Assembly (NCBI GenBank): GCA_050010255.1
Contig: JBEKLJ010000001.1
Location: 960 to 64,959, forward strand
DNA length: 64,000 nt
Reading direction: 5' to 3'
Origin: Bryobacteraceae bacterium
Lineage (GTDB): Bacteria; Acidobacteriota; Terriglobia; Bryobacterales; Bryobacteraceae
The notes below the pieces were generated by a model. It made no database searches. It had not been told where the DNA came from and worked only from the letters and a program-made list of their open reading frames with translations. This document shows, in pieces, positions 30,368-37,962 of this stretch. The position numbers and the translations under genes are program-made. The number at the start of each line of letters is the position of its first letter. Within the stretch, counting starts at the first letter, position 1.

Positions 30368-32971
30368 ATGGCCCGCCCCCGCCTGTTTTTGATTGACTCC
30401 TTCGGGTTCATCTTCCGCGCCTTCCACGCCCGGGCGCGCTCGGGAGCGCCCCCCATGCGCACCAGCGCCGGTGTGCCCACCGAGGCGGTCTACATCTTCA
30501 CCAACATGCTGCGAAAGCTGACGGCGGCCTACGGGCCGGAGTACATGGCCGCGGTGTTCGAGAGCGTGGGCCCGACGTTCCGCGAGCAGGAGTTCGCCGA
30601 CTACAAGGCCAACCGGGAGGAGATGCCGGCGGAGCTGGCCCAGCAGATTCCCTGCATACGGCGGCTGCTGGAGGCCATGCGCATCCCGATCCTGGCCTAT
30701 GAAGGTTTCGAGGCCGATGACGTGATCGGCGCCATCGCGCGGCGGGCCGAGCAGGCCGGAGCGGAGGTGGCCATCGTCTCTAGCGACAAGGACCTCCTGC
30801 AACTAGTGGACGAGCACGTTGCGGTCTTCAATCCCATTCAGGAGGATCTTTGGTACGACCCGGCCAAGGTCGAGGAGAAGATGGGGGTCAGGCCGCAGCA
30901 GGTGGCCGACCTGCTGGCGCTCAAGGGCGACCCGAGCGACAACATCCCCGGGGCGCCGGGCATCGGCGACAAGGGCGCGCGCGAGCTGGTCGCGCGTTTC
31001 GGATCGGTGGAAGCGGCGCTGGATCGCGCCGCCGAGCTGGGCGACAAGGGTCACGACAAACGCTACCGCGAGAGCCTGGAGCAGAACCGCGACCGCATCC
31101 TGCTGAGCAAGCGCCTGGCCACGATCGACACCTCGGCGCCGATCGGCTTCTCCATGGAGGCGGTGCGGACACAGCCGGAGGACACCGCCGCGCTGAAGCA
31201 ACTCTACAAGGAACTGGAGTTCTACAGTCTGGTCGAGCAGCTCGGGCCGGAGGAAGACCAGCGCCCGCGCGACTACGCCGCGCTGGAAACGCCGGCGGCG
31301 ATCGAGGAGTACCTAGCGTCGATTCCGGCGGATGCGCCGGTGGCCGTGGCGGTCACGCCGGCCGCGCCGGCGGGTCCGGGGATGTTCGAGAGCGGCTCGC
31401 CAGCGGTTCTGGGGCTGACCTGGAAGCTGGGGCAGGCGCGCACGGCGGCGGGGACGCTCATCGAGCCTCTGCGAGGGTTGCTGGAGGACCCGGCGCGGGG
31501 GAAGATCGCGCACGACCTCAAGCGCGTGTGCCTGGAGCTGGCCCATCTCGGCATCGAGCCGCGCGGCCTCGAGCAGGACGTGATGCTTTACGCCTTCCTG
31601 CTCAACGCCGATCCCGCGGGCTGCTCGCTGGAGACGCTGGCGCGGCGCTACCTGGACCGCAAGCTCGAGCCGCTAGTCGAGCACCAGGCTGATTGCGCGC
31701 TCGCGCTGGCCGCCAGGCTCGGCCGCGAGGTGGATGAACGGGGGTTCCGCAAGCTATACCAGACCATCGACCTGCCGCTGGTGCGCGTGCTGACCCGGAT
31801 GGAGCAGCGCGGGATTCGCGTCCAGCCGGCCGCCATGCACCGTCTCTCACAAGCCATGGACACCGAGATCCAGCGGCTGACGGGGGAGATCCATGAGCTT
31901 GCCGGCCGGACCTTCAACATCAACTCCCCGCAGCAGCTCGGCAAGGTGCTGTTCGAGGATCTGCGTCTGCCGGCGCCCGTGAAATATGGCAAGGGCAAGA
32001 CCATCTCGACCGCGGCGGACGTGCTCGAGGAACTGGCCGCCGATTACGAGATCTGCCGCAAGGTGCTCGACTACCGCCAGCTCGTCAAGCTCAAGGGCAC
32101 TTACGTGGACGCGCTGCCGGCGCTGGTCAACCCGGCTACCGGCCGGCTGCACACCAGCTTCAACCAGACCGGCGCGGCGACAGGCCGCCTTTCCTCCTCC
32201 AACCCGAACCTCCAGAACATTCCGATCCGCACCGAACTGGGCCGCGAGATTCGCGCCGCGTTCATCCCGCGGGAAGACTGGAAGCTGGTGCTGGCGGACT
32301 ATTCGCAGATCGAGCTGCGGCTGCTGGCGCACTTCTCCAAAGATCCGGTGCTCATAGAGGCCTTCCGCCACGGCGAGGACATTCACACGCGCACGGCGGC
32401 CGAGGTCTTCGGCGTGCTGCCGCTGATGGTGACGCCGGAGCTGCGGCGGCGGGCTAAGGCGGTGAACTTCGGCATCGTGTACGGACTGAGCTCGTTCGGG
32501 CTGGCGGCGCAGCTCGGCATCCCGCGGCCGGAGGCGCAGGCTTACATCGACCGGTACTTCGCGCGCTATGCGGGCGTGCGACGGTTCATCGACGAGACCA
32601 TCGCCGAGGTCAGGCGCGCCGGGTTCACCAGGACCCTGTTCGGCCGCGAGCGGCCCATCCCGGACATGAACAACCGCAACCCCAACCAGCGCGGCTTCGC
32701 CGAGCGGACCGCCGTAAACACGCCCCTCCAGGGAACCGCGGCGGACCTGATCAAGCTCGCCATGATCCAGATCGAAGCCGAGATCGAGCAGCGGAAGCTG
32801 CGCACAGCCATGCTGCTCCAGGTGCACGACGAGCTGCTGTTCGAAGCCCCGCCGGAAGAGCTGGAGGAGATCCGGAAGCTGGTCAAGGCCGGCATGGAGC
32901 AGGTGTGCCGGCTGGAGGTGCCGCTGGTGGCCGAAATCGGCGTGGGCGACAACTGGCGCGACGCCAAGTAG
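30368..32971 (+). CDS. polA: DNA polymerase I
   Basis: 867 aa with 5'-3' exonuclease N-terminus, 3'-5' exo-like region and pol domain (DYSQIELR, QVHDELLFE). Confidence 0.97.
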   Translation: MARPRLFLIDSFGFIFRAFHARARSGAPPMRTSAGVPTEAVYIFTNMLRKLTAAYGPEYMAAVFESVGPTFREQEFADYKANREEMPAELAQQIPCIRRLLEAMRIPILAYEGFEADDVIGAIARRAEQAGAEVAIVSSDKDLLQLVDEHVAVFNPIQEDLWYDPAKVEEKMGVRPQQVADLLALKGDPSDNIPGAPGIGDKGARELVARFGSVEAALDRAAELGDKGHDKRYRESLEQNRDRILLSKRLATIDTSAPIGFSMEAVRTQPEDTAALKQLYKELEFYSLVEQLGPEEDQRPRDYAALETPAAIEEYLASIPADAPVAVAVTPAAPAGPGMFESGSPAVLGLTWKLGQARTAAGTLIEPLRGLLEDPARGKIAHDLKRVCLELAHLGIEPRGLEQDVMLYAFLLNADPAGCSLETLARRYLDRKLEPLVEHQADCALALAARLGREVDERGFRKLYQTIDLPLVRVLTRMEQRGIRVQPAAMHRLSQAMDTEIQRLTGEIHELAGRTFNINSPQQLGKVLFEDLRLPAPVKYGKGKTISTAADVLEELAADYEICRKVLDYRQLVKLKGTYVDALPALVNPATGRLHTSFNQTGAATGRLSSSNPNLQNIPIRTELGREIRAAFIPREDWKLVLADYSQIELRLLAHFSKDPVLIEAFRHGEDIHTRTAAEVFGVLPLMVTPELRRRAKAVNFGIVYGLSSFGLAAQLGIPRPEAQAYIDRYFARYAGVRRFIDETIAEVRRAGFTRTLFGRERPIPDMNNRNPNQRGFAERTAVNTPLQGTAADLIKLAMIQIEAEIEQRKLRTAMLLQVHDELLFEAPPEELEEIRKLVKAGMEQVCRLEVPLVAEIGVGDNWRDAK
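32846..32971 (+). repeat. 126-bp direct repeat, copy 1 (last 41 codons plus stop of polA)
   Basis: Matches 34939-35064 with 3 mismatches, counted by hand. Confidence 0.95.
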
Positions 32972-32975
32972 TCAA

Positions 32976-33001
32976 AACCCGGGACAGTACACTCATTCAC
33001 C
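32976..33001 (+). repeat. 26-nt sequence AACCCGGGACAGTACACTCATTCACC, also present at 47448-47473
   Basis: 23 of 26 identical. Both copies lie just downstream of a plus-strand stop codon. Confidence 0.7.
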
Positions 33002-33031
33002 GCCGCGGACGCAGGCTGGCGCGCGCCTGGG

Positions 33032-33148
33032 CGCCGTCGGCGCCGCCCGAGCCGGGCGGAGGTCGAACAGGTGGTTGCGGACTATCAGGCGAGCGGGTTG
33101 AGCCGGAGCGCGTTCTGCCGGATGCACGGGCTGGCCCTGAGCACGCTG
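33032..33148 (+). pseudogene. IS66-family TnpA-like (helix-turn-helix accessory protein) N-terminal fragment
   Basis: RRRRRPSRAEVEQVVADYQASGLSRSAFCRMHGLALSTL resembles the N-termini of IS66 orfA-type proteins. Similarity stops after about 39 residues, and no tnpB or tnpC follows. Confidence 0.5.
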
Positions 33149-33203
33149 GGCGCGGCCCGTTGCGGCGGCGGCAGGTTCTTCCGCCGGCGACGGTGGAAGA
33201 GGG

Positions 33204-33812
33204 CTAAGGGGCGGCGCCGGCAGTTCGGAAAGCCTCCTTCGATAACTGGGTAGTTCTCGCGTTCCCGCCCACAACCGTGTGCAGTGTCACCGTGTACACG
33301 GCCCGCCCGGCCGCCTCGAAAACGAGCAACCTGTCGAATTCGGCGCAACTCCGGAGCTCGCGGAAGATGTCGCCATCGAGGTCCCAGTCGCTTCCGGAAC
33401 AGTACATGAGGCGATACTGACCGGCTGGGATGTTGCCTGCGCTCCCGGTAGTCCCTGACCGCACATAGAAGAACCGCGCGGCCCGGTCGGTCGTGCGGTC
33501 GACCAGTTTCACCGCGGCATCCTCCGGGGTGTGGTTCACGACGCTCAGATCGCCGGCGTCACCCTCTTCGAAATCCAGAAGGATCTCCGCGCCGGTGGGA
33601 GGCCGAAGGATGTCGTGCCGTGGTTGGCTGGTTTTGTGTTTGCGTTCTGGAGGGGCGGGCGTCGGGGTGTCGGACCTGCCCGGGCCGACGTCGGCGACCG
33701 GTTGTGGGACCGCCGGTGAGGCGTAGAAGATGAGCCCGATTGCTAGACCCACCACGACTCCGGCACCAACCCAAGTGGCGCGGTAGGTGGAGACGGAGAA
33801 GAACGGGATCAC
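33204..33812 (-). CDS. hypothetical membrane-anchored protein (TM, Pro-rich linker, about 110-aa beta-rich domain)
   Basis: 202-aa ORF with coherent, non-shadow composition. Last gene of the islet cassette. Confidence 0.6.
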   Translation of the reverse strand: MIPFFSVSTYRATWVGAGVVVGLAIGLIFYASPAVPQPVADVGPGRSDTPTPAPPERKHKTSQPRHDILRPPTGAEILLDFEEGDAGDLSVVNHTPEDAAVKLVDRTTDRAARFFYVRSGTTGSAGNIPAGQYRLMYCSGSDWDLDGDIFRELRSCAEFDRLLVFEAAGRAVYTVTLHTVVGGNARTTQLSKEAFRTAGAAP

Positions 33813-33901
33813 GGCTGTGAAGGTAGTCTGGCCGCAGAGTGGGGATTCTCAGGCTTTATTGCCCCAACGGGCCTGGGCGGCCACGGGCGGCGACACAACC
33901 T

Positions 33902-34228
33902 TCAAATGGATCGCAGAAGGACGACTACCCCGAGGGCGGCCAGGCCGAATAGGCCCAATGCGGCAGGAACCAGCCGGGCCAACCCGATGCCGAGCCGTTT
34001 CAGCGACACGTAGCCCAGGACAGCCGCTATCAGAAAATAGGCTGAAGCCTGCCCGAACGCCGCAGCGGCGGCGTTACGGGCGGTGAACCCGATGAGGGCA
34101 GCCAGCAGTACGAAGCCTACCCAGCACCAGACCGCAGCAGCGGTTAGAGTGTCCTGCAGATCGACATCGTCGCGGAACCGCGCCACCACAGAGCGGGCCA
34201 TCCAGTACCGATCGGTGAGACCCGTCAT
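33902..34228 (-). CDS. hypothetical small membrane protein (3 predicted TM)
   Basis: 108-aa ORF with hydrophobic segments AAAVWCWVGFVLLAALIGF, ASAYFLIAAVLGYVSL and LVPAALGLFGLAALGVVVLL. Confidence 0.55.
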   Translation of the reverse strand: MTGLTDRYWMARSVVARFRDDVDLQDTLTAAAVWCWVGFVLLAALIGFTARNAAAAAFGQASAYFLIAAVLGYVSLKRLGIGLARLVPAALGLFGLAALGVVVLLRSI

Positions 34229-34275
34229 GTCACTTTAGTGGGGCAGGCACTCGGGAACTCTCAGGGGTTCTTGCG

Positions 34276-34731
34276 CTATCGGGCCGGCCAGGGGAAAAAC
34301 GGGATCATCCTGATGTGGATCGCCCGTTCGTCGTCGACCTCCAACGGGAAAGCCCCCCAAGAGACGACATGGGCCCCAACTACCACAACGAGAATCAAAG
34401 CCATCAATGAGGCGGCGGCTCGCCAACCCTGACCCAACCCACCCTGACGGTAAGCCTCGACGGCGGCCGCTGGCACGGCAAGAAAGGCTTGCAACGGCAG
34501 CAGGACCTTGGTAATACTGCTGGCGAGGAAGACGTAAAATGCCGGCGAGGCCAGGACGAACCAATCCCACCGTCTGAGGAGCAGGCGGGCGTCTGCATAA
34601 GTCATGGCGATGCCCGGAACGATCAGAAACAGGACCCAAAGGACTCCCAGGGGCAAGGAGACGAGAATGACCGCCGCCGACCGAGTGAGGGTGCGGCGCA
34701 CTGGAAGGGAACGCGTCGGAGGCGCTGCCAT
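34276..34731 (-). CDS. hypothetical membrane protein (4 predicted TM)
   Basis: 151-aa ORF with four hydrophobic stretches. Same strand as its neighbours and closely spaced. Confidence 0.55.
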   Translation of the reverse strand: MAAPPTRSLPVRRTLTRSAAVILVSLPLGVLWVLFLIVPGIAMTYADARLLLRRWDWFVLASPAFYVFLASSITKVLLPLQAFLAVPAAAVEAYRQGGLGQGWRAAASLMALILVVVVGAHVVSWGAFPLEVDDERAIHIRMIPFFPWPAR

Positions 34732-34785
34732 GGATCGCAGGGACTGTCCTCTCTAGACCGCAGTGGCGAGCGGGGGTTCAGGATC

Positions 34786-34899
34786 TCAGGCCTTTTTTCG
34801 CCACCGGGCTTTGGCGGCCTTCCGGGCCAAGCCTTTGCGCTCGGCCGGCGTAAGGTTCTTGCGGCTGTTCGCGCCGCCTCTAGTCCCCAACTCGGCCAT
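34786..34899 (-). CDS. possible 37-aa Lys/Arg-rich peptide (MAELGTRGGANSRKNLTPAERKGLARKAAKARWRKKA)
   Basis: ATG at 34899, first ORF of the islet cassette. The LTPxERxxxARKAAxARW-type basic tail recurs in small phage- or plasmid-borne proteins (from memory, not verified). Confidence 0.35.
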   Translation of the reverse strand: MAELGTRGGANSRKNLTPAERKGLARKAAKARWRKKA

Positions 34900-34938
34900 G
34901 ACTGCAGAAATCGTGTCGGGGCCGGGTGGAGTGCGCTC

Positions 34939-35064
34939 GCCCCGCCGGAAGAGCTGGAGGAGATCCGCACGCTGGTCAAGGCCGGCATGGAGCAGGTGTG
35001 CCGGCTCGAGGTGCCGCTGGTGGCCGAAATCGGCGTGGGCGACAACTGGCGCGACGCCAAGTAG
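34939..35064 (+). pseudogene. 126-bp direct repeat, copy 2: orphan duplicate of the polA 3' end
   Basis: Encodes APPEELEEIRTLVKAGMEQVCRLEVPLVAEIGVGDNWRDAK* with no polA sequence upstream. Confidence 0.95.
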
Positions 35065-35185
35065 CGGCCCGGCGGGCACAACGCCCGGCAGAAGAATCGC
35101 GTCACGCGGAGGTTCGCCAGCAAGATCACCGCTGGAAGCGCCGCGAGCAAGACCGTCCGGCGAAAGTGCGGCGGAGCCGCCTAGC

Positions 35186-35218
35186 CCGCATTTCTCACCA
35201 CGACTGTGGCGAGGCGCG
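35186..35218 (+). repeat. diverged, inverted copy of the 3'-UTR repeat family (CCGCATTTCTCACCA...GGCGCG)
   Basis: The first 15 nt are identical to the minus-strand reading of the 44625-44660 copy; about 25 of 33 match overall. Confidence 0.5.
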
Positions 35219-35500
35219 ACGAGAGCGCTGCAAAAGCGCCCAGCGACGCCACAACGCGCGCTCGCGGTCCGCGCCGGGTTGTGGCGCGGGCTTTGCCGTT
35301 GTTTGGCATCCGCAAACGGACAGCCTGCCGCCTCGACACTCCTACGAAAGTGGCCGCCTAAGTTGTTGATTCCGCGTACTGGGGAATCCGCGACCACTTT
35401 CATTCGCCGTTGTGGTCCGCACGGACCATGGCTCACTCGTGTCGAGGGCTCCGCGCGCATCGACAGGCGGCTGGCCGCTAACCGTGCGGCAGGCCGGGGC

Positions 35501-35527
35501 GCGCCGCAGCAGATTGCTGGTGAAACA
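35501..35527 (-). repeat. 27-nt repeat GCGCCGCAGCAGATTGCTGGTGAAACA (copy 2)
   Basis: Identical to 395-421. Lies 22 nt downstream of the stop of the 35549-35926 gene. Confidence 0.9.
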
Positions 35528-35548
35528 TCCGCGTTGGCGCCCGCGCGG

Positions 35549-35926
35549 CTAGCGCCGCCGCTGGGCGTCATGCTTCTGACGATAGATCTGCCGGCTGAGG
35601 CGGTTCTGCGCCCGGTTCACGCGGCGCCGCTCGGCCGGCGTCAGCCTGCCGCCGCTGTCGCGCCGGTCCCGCGCGATCTCACGATTCAGGCGCGCCTCCC
35701 GGCGCTCCAGGCGCGCGGCCTCGGCCGCGGTGAGGCTGCCGCTGGCGACCCCCGTCGCGATCCGCCTCTGCTGGTTCTCGCCGCGTTGCTGGATCCTCTG
35801 CGCGAAGCCCGGCGCGGCCAGCGCCGCCGTCGGCATCACGCCTGAAGAACGCACCGCCCGTGCGAAAAAGGCTTCGGATGCCGGCGTAGCCGCGCGGAAG
35901 GCGAAGGGAGGCAGATTCCGGTCCAC
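35549..35926 (-). CDS. hypothetical protein, Arg/Gln-rich helical (LTAAEAARLERREARLNREIARDRRDSGGRLTPAERRRVNRAQNRLSRQIYRQKHD)
   Basis: 125-aa ORF with an internally repeated LTxAExxRxxRxQ pattern. The start codon is uncertain. Confidence 0.5.
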   Translation of the reverse strand: MDRNLPPFAFRAATPASEAFFARAVRSSGVMPTAALAAPGFAQRIQQRGENQQRRIATGVASGSLTAAEAARLERREARLNREIARDRRDSGGRLTPAERRRVNRAQNRLSRQIYRQKHDAQRRR

Positions 35927-35974
35927 GTAGGGTGGTGCCTTGAGTTCACTCGTCTCGTGGAGTACCCTCGTAGC

Positions 35975-36346
35975 ATGAAATCACTCAGCTTCGCGCTCCT
36001 TCTCTGTTTTGCTGCCGCGTCGATTTGTGCGGCCGAGAAAAAATACAATTGGGAGCGGGCGAGAGTCCTCTCCCAAAACATGCATTCTTCGCCGGTGGGT
36101 GCCTACGCCGCTCCAATTGGGAACGCGACAATTGCGGTTCCCATCTACCGAAGATCCAATTATGTCGTGGTCGAAACTGACACACATCGTCTCGAATGGA
36201 GCGAAGTGGGGTCTTCCGCGATAATTCTCCCGGTTAATGGCTCCATCGAGTTCTACCGTGACGGAAATTGGTTCATTGTTCTGGACTCGAAGAAGAAGAA
36301 GCATAAGTTCGCCTTGGTCGGAATGACCCTGAAGACGGATAAGTAG
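35975..36346 (+). CDS. hypothetical small secreted protein
   Basis: MKSLSFALLLCFAAASICAAE signal peptide from ATG 35975. Visibly AT-richer codon usage than the flanks. Confidence 0.6.
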   Translation: MKSLSFALLLCFAAASICAAEKKYNWERARVLSQNMHSSPVGAYAAPIGNATIAVPIYRRSNYVVVETDTHRLEWSEVGSSAIILPVNGSIEFYRDGNWFIVLDSKKKKHKFALVGMTLKTDK

Positions 36347-36764
36347 GATATCCGTCTCACAACAGTTCCGATTCTCTGCCATTCAACGGACCCGTTGCAT
36401 GAGAGATAACATCGCCCTCCCATTCGCCCGCTTTCGCTCGTCAAGGTCATTCGGATATATTCAGCCGGGTTGTCCATCTTGGAGCACTCGGAACGGCAGA
36501 CGGGACTCCAACCCGCGACATCCAGCATGGGGAAGCGCTCACACTTCACAAGAGAACGAATTTGACGCACAACCACGGCTCTCTGTGGATTTGGGAACCT
36601 CACCGAGTTTTCAAGACGTCATGTTCCCAGCGCCCGAATGGGGGCACAGCAAAGCCACGACTTCACACCTGACCTGCCCATTCCCGCCTCCGGGCCATCA
36701 AACGCGGCGGCCGAGGCACCCTCACGATGCTACCACCCTTTGCGCCGTCGGCTGCATGCGCTCG

Positions 36765-37223
36765 TTAGGTGGCGTTCTTCGGAACTTTGGCACCCAGCCT
36801 GCTGGTGATGAGGTCCCAGCGTTCTCGATAATTGTCTGCGTCGCGGTCGAGAATCCAGTACATGAGGCGTTTCCATTCTGGCTTCAACCACGAGGCGACG
36901 AGATTCGAAGGAACGATGAAGACATCTGGGAGTTGATTCGGATGATCCCCCTTGAGGTCCACAAAGGCATAGAAGATAGAGTCGCCCCGCAAGTCCAAGG
37001 CTTTCCTTCCAACATCCCATTCCCAGCGATCTTTGCGCCGCGCACTGCTCGCGGTCTTCACCTGGAATGACACCGCAGCTTGCCCCTTCAAGTCTCCGAC
37101 CATAAGGTCGACCGTTGGAGATCCACCGCGGGTGAGGGCTACCGGGTATCCCATCACAGAGAACCTGTACGCGACGAAGTGCTCGCCCGCCGCTCCCGTG
37201 AGTGCTGTCGCTCGATTGGGCAT
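36765..37223 (-). CDS. hypothetical protein, PD-(D/E)xK / DUF4365-like nuclease fold candidate
   Basis: GAAGEHFVAYRFSVMGYPVA...TVDLMVGD...VSFQVKT fits the G-x-GE...D...(E/Q)xK layout of restriction-endonuclease-like folds. Confidence 0.45.
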   Translation of the reverse strand: MPNRATALTGAAGEHFVAYRFSVMGYPVALTRGGSPTVDLMVGDLKGQAAVSFQVKTASSARRKDRWEWDVGRKALDLRGDSIFYAFVDLKGDHPNQLPDVFIVPSNLVASWLKPEWKRLMYWILDRDADNYRERWDLITSRLGAKVPKNAT

Positions 37224-37291
37224 GTAAACCAGAACCTCCGTTTTGGCTTCTTACCGCCTTGCATTGTACCAGCCATTTCCCTCCGACCCGC

Positions 37292-37870
37292 GACGTCGAG
37301 CTTGAGAACTGGCTAGGCAACTGGCTGCACCACTGCGCGCCCGGCGCTAACGACAGTAAGCAACGCGCGCGTAGCGGTTACCAACTGGTGTACTTCAAGG
37401 GCGGTTACGTCCTGCACATGTTGCGAATGATGCTTCACGACTTCGCGCGCAACGACGACTCCCGCTTCATCGCCATGATGCGTGAATTCGCTTCCACCTT
37501 CCAGAACCGGAACGCCTCGACCGAGGACTTCAAGGCGATCGTCGATCGCCACTTTCGCGCCGACATGCGCTGGTTCTTCGACCAGTGGGTGTACGGGACC
37601 GAAGTGCCGAAAATCACGGTGGAGTATTCATTGACTGATAGCGAGCAGGGCGCGATGTTCGCGGGCACCCTTCGCCAGCGCGGCGTCTCGCCGGAGTTCC
37701 GCGTCATCATGCCCGTCGTGTTCCGCTTCAAGGCTGGCGGCGCCGTCGCCCGGATCACCGCCACGGGCGCGGCGACGCCTTCCCAGTTCCAGTTGCCAGA
37801 GCGGCCCGAGTCGGTCGAGTTCAATCCGCTGGACGCCGTCCTCTGCGAGCTGGAGGTAAAGCGGATGTGA
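37292..37870 (+). pseudogene. M1-family aminopeptidase, C-terminal fragment (5'-truncated)
   Basis: QLVYFKGGYVLHMLRMML (conserved Tyr region that follows the catalytic domain) plus a C-terminal domain. No HExxH-containing N-terminal part lies upstream. Confidence 0.6.
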
Positions 37871-37962
37871 GGTTTCGGCGAGGGTGCCCCCGGGGTGGCT
37901 CGGCGCGCCACTCGCGGCGACCGCGGCCGCCGCTGCGGCCGTGCTATAGTGGGCCATCCCTT

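Noticed and set aside
34489-35064. 191-aa ORF ending with the polA C-terminal peptide
   Set aside because: Only the last 41 codons are polA-derived. The upstream part is antisense to the islet membrane-protein genes and has shadow composition. It is treated as an orphan gene fragment, not a gene.
35730-35930. 66-aa plus-strand ORF with a TPEERTARAKKA motif resembling the basic tail of the 37-aa islet peptide
   Set aside because: It lies entirely antisense to the better-supported 125-aa ORF (35549-35926), and the rest of its sequence has shadow composition.
36483-36525. tRNA-like sequence (minus strand ...GTCGCGGGTTGGAGTCCCGTCTGCCGTTCCGAGTGCTCCA)
   Set aside because: It has a T-arm-like stem-loop, but the loop is non-canonical (TTGGAGT). 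No complementary 5' acceptor strand, D-arm or anticodon arm could be found upstream. It is at most a tRNA relic and is mentioned under the variable-region finding.
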